A stretch of 63,998 nt of DNA, filler included, from Malassezia furfur (Eukaryota): assembly GCA_052055015.1 (NCBI GenBank). It is 3 parts of 3 records of this genome, joined end to end, with 100 filler letters (N's around TTAATTAATTAA, not from the genome) between each part and the next. Parts side by side here need not be neighbours in the genome. Positions count along the whole stretch, not along the records: positions 22,235 to 44,345 come from JBQJIT010000161.1; 2 more parts are not named here. One strand, 5' to 3'. Position 1 is the first letter of the stretch. Each line of letters begins with the position of its first letter. The notes beneath the pieces were generated by a model. The model worked only from the letters and a program-made list of their open reading frames with translations, did not search any database and was not told where the DNA came from. The position numbers and the translations under genes are program-made. Shown here in pieces: positions 25,201 to 37,226 of the stretch.

Positions 25201-26592
25201 GCTGCTCGTCTGCAGGTAGGCGGGTAGGCCAGTTGCATGGGCCGGCGATGAAGGCGACACGACCATCGTCTCTGTCGTCGTATCCGCATCCGTCGCAACC
25301 GTACCCTTGGCTGTAGACGACACGGAGGTGCCTCTGAGGTAGGCCAGTCCCTCGGAGTGCGAGACGGTACTCAGCGCCGGCGGCGGCGGCGCCGTCGCCG
25401 GCGCGGTTGTCGTCACCGACGCATCGTTGGCTTCGCGGGTGGTCGCGGAAGATAGCACGGCACCCGAAGCGGGCTCTGAGAAGCCGACGGGTGTCTTGGT
25501 GCCACGGAAGGGTAGCGCGCCGACGATCGACGGCGCCGCGCCCGTCTGCACATAGGCTGACGTCGCGCCCGTCTGTGCGTTGGCCGGTGCCGCACCCGTC
25601 GGCACATTCGTAGGGGTCAACGCCGCCTTGGGCGCCGACGCAACCGGCGAAGCAACCGACTTGGTGCTCGCAGCCGCCGACTTCTTGCCCGGAGGGTCAA
25701 CGAGGATTGGAACAGGGGGCGAAACCGGCCCAGGCGATTTGGGTTTCGTCGAGGTAGCGCCCTGGGCCGGCGAAACGGGACCCACAGACTTGGATGCCGC
25801 CGAAACCGTGCCCTGGACTGGCTTCGGCGCAGGCTGCACCACCTGCGTGGGACTGTCGACCTGCTTGCCATCAAGACCCATGGGGCTCGGCATCAGAGCG
25901 GAGTTCTGCTCCTTCTCCGCCGTCGCACTGCCGCCCTTTTCCCGCATAAATGCAGGCAGCTGGGGGACAGGCGGCACGGGCTCGCCCTTCGAAGCTCCAC
26001 GGCCTTTGACGCTCGTGGGTGTCGTGGTCTGCGACGATGTGCCCTTCTGGGGCGCATTGAGCAGGTCCACGGTGCTTGTCGATGCATTGCCGGCAAGATT
26101 CTTGGAAGAACGGTTCCAGCGGAAAGCGCTGAAAGCACCGCCTCCGCTCGACTTGGAGCCAGCGTTCTGTTTGCCGCTCAGCGACGTCGAGCTTGGCATG
26201 CGCAGACGGCGACGGAGGTCGAGCGAGTGCGAACGCGTGTGCCCAGTCGCGCCCGTACTCACAGATGCTGCATCCGCCGTCTCTGCTGTCTTGCCTTGAA
26301 CCGGCACACCGTCCTTCCCCACGAGCGCACTGGTGCTGTTGTTTTTCAGCGCCGGAAAGCCCGGGCGCTGCAGATCAGACGAATCTGGTGCTGTGCCCTT
26401 CAGCTTACTCAGATCGCCATTCACAGTGGTGGCCCCGGCCGTCGGCTTGCCTGTGTCGGCCTTCGAGGGAAGCGCAGACGCCGCGTCCTTGGCACTGGTT
26501 TTAGGGTTCCTGACAAGGTCATCGGCCTTATTCGCATTCGCCTGGCCCGCCTTCTTGTTCTTGGACCGCTTCAGGTCAGAGAACAGGGGCAT
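22235..26592 (-). CDS. Hypothetical very large Ala/Thr/Pro/Ser-rich disordered protein, 3'-truncated at gap
   Basis: Open frame of about 1450 codons from ATG 26592; basic N-terminus; no recognisable domain. Confidence 0.7.
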
Positions 26593-26881
26593 GTTGTCTC
26601 AGTTCGTCTCTCGCCTAGGTAAGCCGTGAGGGGGACCGCAATCACTCCAGACGCGTGCTCGCGGCAGACTGAGCAGATCGGCCGGTTCGCCTGACCCAGA
26701 CTAAAGCCCAGGGAAATTCCACGCGTCGACCCAACCCTGTTGGCCCCTATTTTTCGGTCGGGCCCCCCGCCAGAACGCGTGTTTATGCAGCTGGCATGCC
26801 GACCTCAGTGCACGTGTTAGCCACGTGGAGCAAGAGGTCGACGCGGCGTGGCGGCCGTCGCAGGGACGTGCAACGACCAGG

Positions 26882-28607
26882 ATGGCGGGACAGCAGCCCG
26901 TTTTTGTGGTGAACTCGGGCCCCGAGCGCCAGCATGGACGCAAGGCTCAAATTTCCAATATCACAGCGGCTAAGACCGTTTCTGATGTGATCCGTACGTG
27001 TCTTGGCCCCAAGGCCATGCTCAAGATGATCCTCGACCCGGTCGGTGGCATTCTTCTTACCAATGATGGCCACGCCATTCTGCGTGAAATTGAGGTCGCG
27101 CACCCCGCGGCCAAGAGCATGATTGAATTGAGCCGTACTCAGGATGAGGAAGTCGGCGATGGTACCACGAGTGTCATTATTCTGGCCGGCGAGGTGCTGG
27201 CGCATTCGCTGCCGCTGCTGGAGCGCGGCATGCACCCCGTGGTGATCATTGCCGCCTACAAAAAAGCACTGGCGCGCGCGCTTGAGATTGTTGAGTCTAT
27301 CTCGGTGCCTGTCAAGGTCGAAAGCGATGAAGAGATGCTTGCGCTCATCAAGACGTCGATCGGCACCAAGTTTGTCCAGCGCTGGTCCGACCTGATGTGC
27401 CACTTGGCGCTCAAGGCCGTGCGCACGGTTGCCAGCGTCGATACAAAGGTGCCGCATGCGGGCGATTCGCCCAATGTGGTGGTCGACCTGAAGCGCTATG
27501 CGCGTGTTGAAAAGGTGCCTGGCGGTGAGATCGAGGAGAGCCGGGTTCTTGACGGTGTGATGCTTAACAAGGACGTCACGCATCCCAAGATGCGGCGCAG
27601 AATCGAAAACCCGCGCATCATCCTGCTGGACTGCCCGTTGGAATACAAAAAGGGCGAGTCCCAGACCAACATTGAGATCACCCGCGAAGAAGACTGGAGC
27701 CGCATCCTCGAGATCGAGGAGGAGCAGGTTAAGCAGTTGTGTGACCGCATTCTTGAGCACAAGCCCGACTTGGTGTTCACCGAAAAGGGCGTGTCGGACC
27801 TCGCACAGCACTACCTGATGAAGGCCAACGTGACCTGCATCCGCCGCGTACGCAAGTCGGACAACAACCGCATCGCGCGTGCGACCGGCGCCCAGGTGGT
27901 GAACCGCGTGGAGGATCTGCGGGACAGCGATGTGGGCACGGGATGTGGTCTGTTTCACATTGAAAAGATGGGCGATGAGTATGTATGCGGGGCGAGCGGC
28001 AAACTAACACAACAGATACTTTACCTTCCTCGAGAAGTGCAAGGATCCCAAGGCGTGCACTATCCTCCTACGGGGCCCGTCGAAGGACATTCTGAATGAG
28101 ATCGACCGCAATCTCGCGGACGCCATGTCTGTCGCGCGCAACATCATCTTCAACCCGCTTCTAGCGCCCGGCGGCGGCGCCACCGAGATGGCCATCTCGG
28201 TAGGCCTCGCACAATACGGACAGTCGCTTGAAGGGCTTGATATTGGGGCGGTCGATGCGGTGGCCAATGCCATGGAGGCCATCCCTCGGACCCTGATCCA
28301 AAACTGCGGCGGAAACGCAATCAAGACACTCACGCAGCTGCGCGCGCGGCATGCTAACGGCGAGCACTCCTACGGTGTGGACGGCAACACGGGCAAGGTG
28401 GTCGAGATGAAGCAGTATGGCCTCTACGAGAGTGCGAGCGTCAAGATCCAGACGCTCAAGACGGCCATTGAGTCGGCCTCCCTGCTTCTCCGTGTCGACG
28501 ATGTGGTCTCGGCCAAGCGCTCACAGCAAGGAGGCATGGGCGCTGCGCCCCAGGCACAAAACATGGCCATGGCCGGCGAGGAGGCGATGGGCATGCCGAT
28601 GGCGTAA
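26882..28607 (+). CDS. CCT3: Chaperonin CCT gamma subunit, 2 exons
   Basis: GRKAQISNITAAKTVSDVIRTCLGPKAMLKM, GDGTT and LEYKKGESQTNIE; intron 27979-28015. Confidence 0.96.
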
Positions 28608-28763
28608 GCCGGCAGTTGGTAGCTAGTACGAGCTCTGCGGAATACCCCATGATTACCTCGATTGCGAAATGTCTACGATGGAATAACATGTCATCTGTAC
28701 AGTGCCTCCCAGAGGCGTGCATGTTGCAGGCAAGACGCATTTCTCGTTGATTGGCAATTAGCC

Positions 28764-30192
28764 TCACAGCGCCATCGATAAAAGGGTCGCTGCACTCAGT
28801 GCGGCGACGAAGAAAGACGTCGCAGGACGCATCCTTTCGCTCGACGTGTTCGCCAGCGACCCGGTGGGGTCCGACGTCGACCCAGCCTGCGGCTCGGTCG
28901 AATTCACCGGCGGTATAGGGAACGCCTCGGTTGGCCGCCAGCCGAAGTTGAGGTTCGACGAGTCGAACATAGCAGACACACCTTGTGGGCTGCTAAACAC
29001 CTCGGTTACGTCGTGCGTCGCGTTTGCAACAACGGACAGCTTCACGTTGAACTGATGGTTGATCAGGTTACCCCAGTCGGGCATGTTCGAAAAATTGCCC
29101 GGGAACAGCGAGACATCCTCCTCGGTACCGCCCAGGAGATTGAGGTATTTCCACCACGCCAAATTGCGACTAATGCGTTGCGAACCACCTTGCGCCAGCG
29201 CCATGCACTGCTGGTCGCCGTTCAGTTCGGTATCCAACAGGCCATTAAGGTTGATCACATCACGGGTCGCGTAGGTGCGGAAGTAATATTTGCCCGACTT
29301 GCCGCTGTACGGCGTAATGTCGAATTTGTTTACTCCATAGCGCCAGTCGTTGTACGTCGTGCAGTTGGTGATGTTGACGTATGAAGGATCCGTAATGGGG
29401 CGGTCGGGCGTAAAGTACATGGACGAGCTAGGGTCGGCAACCAAGTAGCGGACATGAACATGCTTCGGCTCCGTGGGAACAACCGAAGCGTACCGGTTGA
29501 CAAACTGGGCACCGCCGCTGTGCCCAATCAATGTGATGTTCTTCATGTTGGGGTATAGCGTACGCTTGCTGAAATGCTCAATCAGCTCGCTAACCGCGGT
29601 GAATGAAGAGATCGGCATGTTAGTAGGATGATTTGCTGGTGCACCCATCTGCCAGAGATTAAGGTCGCCCCACGTAAGCTGCTGTGAGGTATAAAGGCCC
29701 TTGTTGAAGCGCGTCGAATAGAACATGGGGGCGGTGATGATCAGGTTTGGGTCCACATTCTTGTTACCCCAGGCCAATTGCTGTTCTTTGATGCCATTCA
29801 AGGCCGTCCAGTACGAGTCACCGTCCCTCAGACTACCGTGGATAACGATCAGGGCATGCGTGCTGCTTTGGTTGTTTGCATTCTCGGTCCAGTACACAGG
29901 CAATTGCGCATTCTTGTCAAATGTGAAGGACGCAAGCACAGAGCCCGACGGAGGTGCGGTAGGAGTGTGCCGCTGTAGCATGTGTTAGCGCCGCTGATCC
30001 CGAAATTACGGCCGCTTATGCCGATGTGCGACGTACCTGTCCTTCCTTGCTAATTTTGCCGTTCAAACTGTCCGTAAAAGCGTCCCTAGCATATAGCACA
30101 CTTCCGTGCACTGACGAGATCCACACGAATACCAGGAGACAGTGCCAGCACCATCGCCTGGCGAGGCTACACAGAAGACCTCGCGGATACAT
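28764..30192 (-). CDS. Secreted, probably GPI-anchored alpha/beta-hydrolase, 2 exons
   Basis: Signal-like exon 1 (..LLVFVWISSVHG), intron 29973-30036, IVIHG, GHSGG nucleophile elbow, Ser/Thr linker and hydrophobic C-terminus. Confidence 0.72.
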
Positions 30193-31017
30193 CGTTAGCA
30201 CCGGACACCTCCCCAGCCCTCCGGCAGTATCTGAGACGTGGCTCAGTTTTTAATGCAGAGCACTTTACGAACACCAATGATTAGCGTGCACGCCCTTCTG
30301 CTAATGACACCTCCTTCGCATCAAAAATTCCTGGCACACGTGACTTCTACGGCACGCGTCCAGAACGGCCGGTCTAGCCCAGCTGCGGATCATTGCTGCG
30401 GAACGGCATCAGAGCGAGAGGTCACGTGTGGGACTGAAGTGCTGGCACTCAGAGACGGGAAGTAGGGTATCTGGTGAATTTGAGGGTCGGCAGCGGAGAT
30501 CACAGTGAAGACTCGACGCGCGTCACGATGATTACGACGATCCATACAGCACGGGCCGCATTATCGCCGCACGCCCACGATTTCCGTTCCTTGCCGAAAC
30601 AAGAAACCGAGACAAATCACATTTCGAATGTACATCCGCTGTAGGCCTATGCCAAAACAACACGGGTTAGGTCCGAAAATTCGTGAAATTATGCGAGGCA
30701 ATATGCATATGCAAATTATTAATTACATAACTACCAGTTACTACATGCGTCGAACGGGCAATGTCAGGCAAAAACAAGGCCGCATGCCAGCGGAATTGGG
30801 CATCGACACGAAGATGAAAAAGAAAAATACCATTTTGGACACGTCAGCACAGTTGATTGGGCTTGCAGAATTGCGCAGGAAGCGGTAGTTCGGACATAGG
30901 CGCATCGCACGCTCCAGCTCACCGGAATAGGACGGTCCTGCATTGGGCACACACCTATTCGCCCGTGCTGGTCGTCGAACGAGCCATGACGAATTCGAGT
31001 AATCAAGCGGGACTTCC

Positions 31018-31028
31018 CTATAAAAAAG
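31018..31028 (+). promoter_or_regulatory. Putative TATA box of PMA1 (CTATAAAAAA)
   Basis: TATAAA about 180 bp upstream of the PMA1 ATG in an otherwise GC-rich genome. Confidence 0.55.
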
Positions 31029-31201
31029 ATAAACGAGCCCGGCAGTAAACAGTCCCTTTCACCTACTCCCTTGACGAATTGCTCGTCTCTCTGTGTGCCT
31101 CTCACAGCAAATCAAGCCACAAATCGCTTGTAGCTGTTTGACAAGGTAACTCCAGAGCGTAGGGACACCTCAAGCCTTTTTCCCACATCGCCGCAAGACA
31201 G

Positions 31202-34200
31202 ATGTCTTATCCTCAACACGACCAAGAAGGTCTGCCGCCGCCCATTGTGGTGGCTAACCAGGCCTACACCCAGGAGACGCCCGTGACTCAGCCCACTACG
31301 TACGAGGGCCAGGAGTACACGACGGCTCCGGGCCAGACCCACTACCACTACGAGCAAACTCAGCCTGTCGATGCTCAGGCCCAGCAGGCCGCCTACGAGC
31401 AGCAGCAGCGCGAGTACGCTGCCCAGCAGCAGGCCTACGCCCAGCAGCAGCAGCAGTACCAGCAGCAGCCTCAGAAGCATGAGGCTCAGGGTCAGCAGGA
31501 GGAGTTCGGTGACGACGCTCCTGGTGACGAGTACGGCCAGCTCATCGCCTTCATCCGCGCCCAGAAGCAGAAGGGCGGCGATGAGGACGAGATGAACGAT
31601 GGCTCGCGCATCGTCAAGAAGCGCAACTGGCTCATGCCCTGGAAGGTCCGTGAGGTCCGCGTGAACAAGAACGGCGAGGAGGAGAACGTCGCCATGAAGG
31701 TCCCCGAGTCGTGGCTCGAGACCGACATCCACCAGGGTGTTTCTGAGTCGGACGTGCCCCGTCGCCGTGCCATGTTCGGCTACAACGAGCTGGAGAGCCC
31801 TCACGAGAACCTCCTGCTCAAGTTCATTGGTTTCTTCCGTGGCCCCATTCTGTACGTCATGGAGCTTGCTGTCGCTCTTGCTGGCGGTCTCCGTGACTGG
31901 ATTGACTTGGGTGTCATTTGCGGTATTCTTATGCTCAACGCTTTCGTCGGTTGGTACCAGGAGAAGCAGGCTGGTGACATTGTCGCCCAGCTCAAGGCCG
32001 GTATCGCGCTCAAGTGCCGTGTCATCCGTGACGGTCAGGAGAAGGAAATTGAGGCCCGCGACCTGGTTCCCGGTGACATTGTCATTGCTGAGGATGGCTC
32101 GACCATTCCTTGCGATGGTAAGGTGCTCGCCGACTACGAAGACAAGGACCTTTCTCAGGCTACTGAGATTCGCCGCCGCATGGAGGAGACCAAGAACCGT
32201 GGCGAGGGCGAGGACGAGGACGACTCTGGTATCGACAAGGGCCCTGCGATCATTGCTTGCGACCAGTCGGCTATCACTGGTGAGTCGCTCGCCGTCGACA
32301 AGCACATTGGTGACAAGGTCTTCTACACCACGGGTTGCAAGCGTGGACGCGCCTACATCCTCTGTGAGGAGACTGCCAAGAACACGTTCGTCGGTAAGAC
32401 CGCTGCCCTCGTCACTGGCGGTGACAGCACTGGTCACTTCCAGCGTGTCATGTCGCTCATCGGTACTACGCTTCTGGTTCTCGTCATCTTCTTCGTGCTG
32501 ATCGTCTGGTTCGCCGGCTTCTTCCGCAACGTGGAGATTGCTCGCCCGAAGGAGAACAACCTGCTCATCTACACCCTGGTGTTCCTGATCATTGGTGTTC
32601 CCGTCGGTCTGCCTTGTGTGACGACCACTACCATGGCCGTCGGTGCCGCCTACCTTGCCAAGCGCGAGGCGATTGTGCAGAAGCTGACTGCCATTGAGTC
32701 GCTCGCTGGTGTCGACATTCTCTGCTCGGACAAGACCGGTACCCTGACTGCCAACAAGCTGTCGATTCACGAGCCCTTCGTGTCGGAGGGTGTGGACGTC
32801 AACTTCATGATGGCCGTTGCTGCGCTCGCCTCGTCGCACAACGTCAAGTCGCTTGACCCCATTGACAAGGTGACCATCACCACGCTCAAGGACTACCCCA
32901 AGGCTCAGGAGATCCTCGCCGAGGGCTGGACCACGAAGCGCTTCACGCCCTTCGACCCCGTGTCGAAGCGTATCACTTCGGAGGTCTCGAAGGACGGCAA
33001 GGACTACATTGCCGCTAAGGGTGCCCCCAACGCTATCCTGAAGCTCTGCAACCCGCCCAAGGACATTGCCGACCAGTACCGCAAGGTCGCTGGTGACTTT
33101 GCCAGCCGTGGTTTCCGTTCGCTCGGTGTTGCTATCAACGAGGACGGCAACTGGCGCCTTCTTGGTCTCCTGCCCATGTTCGACCCGCCCCGTGACGACA
33201 CGGCCGCCACCATCGCTGAGGCCCAGTCGCTCGGTGTCGGTGTCAAGATGCTTACGGGTGACGCTGTCGCGATTGCTAAGGAGACCTGCAAGATGCTTGC
33301 GCTTGGCACCAAGGTGTACGACTCGCAGCGTCTGATTGGTTCGGGTGGTCTTTCGGGTGCAGCGATCCACGACTTTGTGGAGGCTGCTGACGGTTTCGCT
33401 GAGGTGTTCCCCGAGCACAAGTACCAGGTCGTGGAGATCCTCCAGCAGCGTGGCCACCTTACGGCTATGACTGGTGACGGTGTCAACGACGCCCCCTCGC
33501 TGAAGAAGGCTGACTGTGGTATTGCCGTCGAGGGTGCCTCGGACGCTGCCCGCTCGGCTGCCGACGTCGTGTTCCTGGACGAGGGTCTCTCGACCATCAT
33601 TACCTCGATCAAGGTTGCTCGCCAGATTTTCCACCGTATGAAGGCCTACATCCAGTACCGTATCTCGCTGTGTATCCACCTCGAGATCTACCTGGTGCTG
33701 TCGATCATCATCCTGAACGAGACCATCCGTGCCAACCTGATTGTGTTCATCGCGCTCTTTGCCGATGTCGCCACGATCGCTATTGCCTACGACAACGCCC
33801 CGGCTGCCAAGGCCCCGGTCGAGTGGCAGCTGCCCAAGATCTGGATCATCTCGGTTGTGCTCGGTCTCATTCTCGCTGGTGGTACCTGGATTACCCGCGC
33901 GACCATGTTCGTGTCGGTCGGCAAGAACGGCCCCGGTGGTATCATCCAGAACTTCGGTAACATCCAGGAGGTGCTCTACCTTGAGGTGGCCCTCACTGAG
34001 AACTGGCTCATCTTCGTCACCCGTCTCGGCGGTGGTGAATCCGACATTACCCTCCCCTCGTGGCAGCTGGTGGGTGCCGTTGCTGTGGTCGACATCCTTG
34101 CCACCATCTTCACCCTGTTCGGCTGGCTGTCGGGTGCTGAGCACCGCAACCCCATCACTGCGCCGCACGGTGGCTGGACCGACATTGTAACCGTGGTCCG

Positions 34201-34432
34201 TGTTTGGGCATTCTCGTTCGGTGTGATTGTGGTGTGCGCTCTGTTCTACTACGTCATGTGCCGCCTGCCGTGGCTCGACAACCTCGGCCGCCGCAACCGT
34301 TCGGTCAAGAACGAGGTCATCGAGGACTTCTTCACCAACCTGCAGCGCCTTACTCTCATCCACGAGAAGGACAACGAGGGTCAGGACACGTACCAGTTCC
34401 AGACTCGTCTCGATGTCGAGGAGGACGAGTAA
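31202..34432 (+). CDS. PMA1: Plasma-membrane H+-ATPase (P3A-type)
   Basis: TGES, IIGVPVGLP, CSDKTGT, KGAP, DPPR, MLTGD and TGDGVND motifs; strong codon bias; Gln-rich N-terminus. Confidence 0.96.
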   Translation: MSYPQHDQEGLPPPIVVANQAYTQETPVTQPTTYEGQEYTTAPGQTHYHYEQTQPVDAQAQQAAYEQQQREYAAQQQAYAQQQQQYQQQPQKHEAQGQQEEFGDDAPGDEYGQLIAFIRAQKQKGGDEDEMNDGSRIVKKRNWLMPWKVREVRVNKNGEEENVAMKVPESWLETDIHQGVSESDVPRRRAMFGYNELESPHENLLLKFIGFFRGPILYVMELAVALAGGLRDWIDLGVICGILMLNAFVGWYQEKQAGDIVAQLKAGIALKCRVIRDGQEKEIEARDLVPGDIVIAEDGSTIPCDGKVLADYEDKDLSQATEIRRRMEETKNRGEGEDEDDSGIDKGPAIIACDQSAITGESLAVDKHIGDKVFYTTGCKRGRAYILCEETAKNTFVGKTAALVTGGDSTGHFQRVMSLIGTTLLVLVIFFVLIVWFAGFFRNVEIARPKENNLLIYTLVFLIIGVPVGLPCVTTTTMAVGAAYLAKREAIVQKLTAIESLAGVDILCSDKTGTLTANKLSIHEPFVSEGVDVNFMMAVAALASSHNVKSLDPIDKVTITTLKDYPKAQEILAEGWTTKRFTPFDPVSKRITSEVSKDGKDYIAAKGAPNAILKLCNPPKDIADQYRKVAGDFASRGFRSLGVAINEDGNWRLLGLLPMFDPPRDDTAATIAEAQSLGVGVKMLTGDAVAIAKETCKMLALGTKVYDSQRLIGSGGLSGAAIHDFVEAADGFAEVFPEHKYQVVEILQQRGHLTAMTGDGVNDAPSLKKADCGIAVEGASDAARSAADVVFLDEGLSTIITSIKVARQIFHRMKAYIQYRISLCIHLEIYLVLSIIILNETIRANLIVFIALFADVATIAIAYDNAPAAKAPVEWQLPKIWIISVVLGLILAGGTWITRATMFVSVGKNGPGGIIQNFGNIQEVLYLEVALTENWLIFVTRLGGGESDITLPSWQLVGAVAVVDILATIFTLFGWLSGAEHRNPITAPHGGWTDIVTVVRVWAFSFGVIVVCALFYYVMCRLPWLDNLGRRNRSVKNEVIEDFFTNLQRLTLIHEKDNEGQDTYQFQTRLDVEEDE

Positions 34433-34990
34433 ATGCACTCGTCTGCGTTGTCTGTTGCGCACTAGTCCCTGAAAGGACTCAATTCAGCCTGGATGCAAGA
34501 AGGATCTTTCCAATTTCGGGTTGTCTTAATCGATTCGTTACGCGAATGTTTCGTATAATCAAAGTGGACGGTGGCCTGTCCTGCTCTTGGCCCTTGCCGC
34601 GTCGATTGGATCGGCGTGGCAATTGTTGAGGCCGGAGTGTGTGGCCTTTGCTGCATGGCGACAGTATTGTATGCTGTTTTATGATAGTCGCAGTAGAGAT
34701 TGGCTACGCGTCTTACGTGCTAACTAATTCAAACATTTGCGTATGGCTACATCCAATTGTGTGCTATAGACGAGGCCGATGTGATGGATGTGGTGCGCGT
34801 CAATGTGTCGCACTGCGTGGGTGCACCCTGTGGGTTGGTTCGTGCTCAATGTCTGATCGGTCCTCGATCAGGATAGCGGCGTAGCCCACGACAAGACCCG
34901 TAGGTGCCACGAAGGAGTCATCACGTGGCAGGCCAATTCCGCGAAATTGCGCATTTTGGGACTTGAGAAGGCTTGAGACGAGCGGTAACC

Positions 34991-35808
34991 ATGACGTCGA
35001 AAATGCCGCTGGTCGCTCCCGTGTACCTCCCTGGGACGGAACCGCTCCCAGAGGGCACGACAGAGGCAGACCGCACTCAAATCAAAGAGATGACCAAGTA
35101 CCAGAACTATACCCTCGCTGCGATGGAATCGTGTGTCACCAAGTCGGTCATGTCGGGCGTCCTGGGCTTTGGACTGGGCGCATTTTTTGCGCTGATGAGC
35201 GCGTCGTTCGCGATTGACGACCCTATTCGCGAAACGATGGCCATCAGAAATGCACAGCGTATCGAGGCCGAGGCTGCTAAAAAGTCAGCGAATGCCAAGC
35301 CTGGCGCGCTCGACGCCCATGTGAAACCAACCGTGGCTGAGACCGTGAAGACTGCGCCCGCAGCGCCAGCCCCTGCAACTGCCGGGGCGTCGGCCAACAC
35401 ACAGGCCACGCCCAAATCAAGCGTCCTTTCCAAGCTACCAGGGGCTGGCCGCTTCAAGGACCTGCCGCCGCCGCCGCCGCCGCTGCCGGAAGTATCGACG
35501 ATGCAAAGCACCAAGCAATTCTTTGTGCAAACCGGAAAGAGCATGTACAGCAGCGGGAAAGGGTTTGGCAAGGTCGGTGCGCTCTACTCTGGAATTGAGT
35601 GCGTCATCGAGGGCTACCGGGCGAAGAACGACATTGTCAACCCCGTGGTTGCGGGCCTGTTCGCCGGCGGCATCCTCGCGCGCCACTCTGGGCCGCAGGC
35701 GGCCGTGGCCGGCGGCGTTGCCTTTGCCGCCTTCAGTGGTGCTATCGACCTCTTGTACGTATGCCGCACTAACGCAGCCTTCGCCGGGAGACGGCAGAAG
35801 AGCCCTAA
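34991..35808 (+). CDS. TIM22: Mitochondrial inner-membrane translocase Tim22, 2 exons
   Basis: [46 protein letters not shown]; intron 35755-35777. Confidence 0.92.
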
Positions 35809-35857
35809 ATATGGGTCCATGCATAGGACGTACATATTGCATTGTACTACGCACACG

Positions 35858-37226
35858 TCAGAGATACAGCCCCTCGGGTGTCCCCTCGTTCTTCCGGTCG
35901 ATGACACGCTCGCGCGCCGTGATAAAGTCCTTCTTGGTGACGCGCATGCGGCGCTCCCGCAAGGCGAGCAAGCCTGCTTCGGTGGTCTGGGTGAGTGGGG
36001 GCGACATACCAAGCTCTTGATATCTGCGCCGCTCAAGTCGTCCTTCATCGCGACAAACTCTTCGAGGTTCACGTCTAGATCGAGGTTCATGCGGCTCGTG
36101 TGCAGCCGGAAAATGTGCATCTTGGTCTTTTGGTCCGGCAGCGGAAACTCGATTTTCCGGTCAATGCGGCCCGGCCGGATCAGTGCAGGGTCGAGGCTCT
36201 CAATCTTGTTGGTGGCCATGATCACCTTGACGTCGTGCCGGCTGTCGAAACCATCCAGCTGGTTCAGCAGCTCCAGTAGTGTACGCTGAATCTCACGCTC
36301 ACCACCCGACGACGAGTCGTAGCGCTTTGAGCCCACCGCATCAACCTCGTCAATGAACACAATGCTCGGCGCATGCTCGTCGGCGACGCGGAACAGCTCG
36401 CGTACGAGTTTGGGACCGTCGCCGAGGTACTTCTGAATGAGCTCTGAGCCAACGACACGCAAGAACGTTGCCGAGGTCTGGTTTGCGACCGCCTTAGCCA
36501 ACAGTGTCTTCCCTGTACCGGGCACACCGTAGAGAATAACACCCTTGGGCGGTTTGATGCCCATCTCTTCGTACAGCTCGGGGTGGGTGAGCGGCAACTC
36601 GACCGACTCCTTGATCTCCTGGATCTGTTGCTCAAGACCACCAATGTCCGCATAACTCTCAGACGGTGCCTTATCCAGCTTCATAACGCTCACCATCGGG
36701 TCGGTGTCCTCGGAGAGTACACCGACCACCGCTGACGTCTTGTGGTGCAGCAGCACACTGCAGCCAGGCTCGAGCAGGTCCTTGTCGACGAAGCTCATGA
36801 TGCTCACGTAGTACTCGGGTCCCGTGGCACTGCTCACGATCGCGTGCTCATCGTCAATGATCTCCTCAAGCGTGCCGACCGCCATGGGGCTGCCACGAAT
36901 GTCGTCGACGCGCGTGCGTTCTTCGGCGTCGCGGTCGTCTTTGGGCTTGAGGCGGTCCTGGTTCATCACGAACTCTTCCTCAAGCAGAAGGTGATCCTTG
37001 ATGCGCTCGAGCTTGAGCAGCTTCAAGCGGCAGCGCGTCGTCGGGTACACGGCCGGCAGCTTCGCGGCCGACTCAGAGTGCTTCTTACGCTTACCGACGC
37101 GGGTAGGCACCGGCGGCTCCCATTTCTTTGGCTGGTCTTTTTTCTGTGTGAGGTACCCATACATGCCTTGTCGTTGTCCTTATTTTGACCCCGTCCTGGG
37201 GCACCCCCACTCGGTGCTTGTCCCAT
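35858..37226 (-). CDS. RPT2: 26S proteasome AAA-ATPase Rpt2, 3 exons
   Basis: MG N-terminus, GVPGTGKT Walker A, C-terminal EGLYL; introns 37144-37166 (GC-AG) and 35987-36009. Confidence 0.96.

Noticed and set aside
30580..30840. AT-rich patch as a centromere core
   Set aside because: Too short and not AT-rich enough; adequately explained as the PMA1 promoter.
31112..34462. 1116-aa antisense ORF over PMA1
   Set aside because: Mirror-frame ORF produced by strong codon bias (few TTA/CTA/TCA codons); no domain features.
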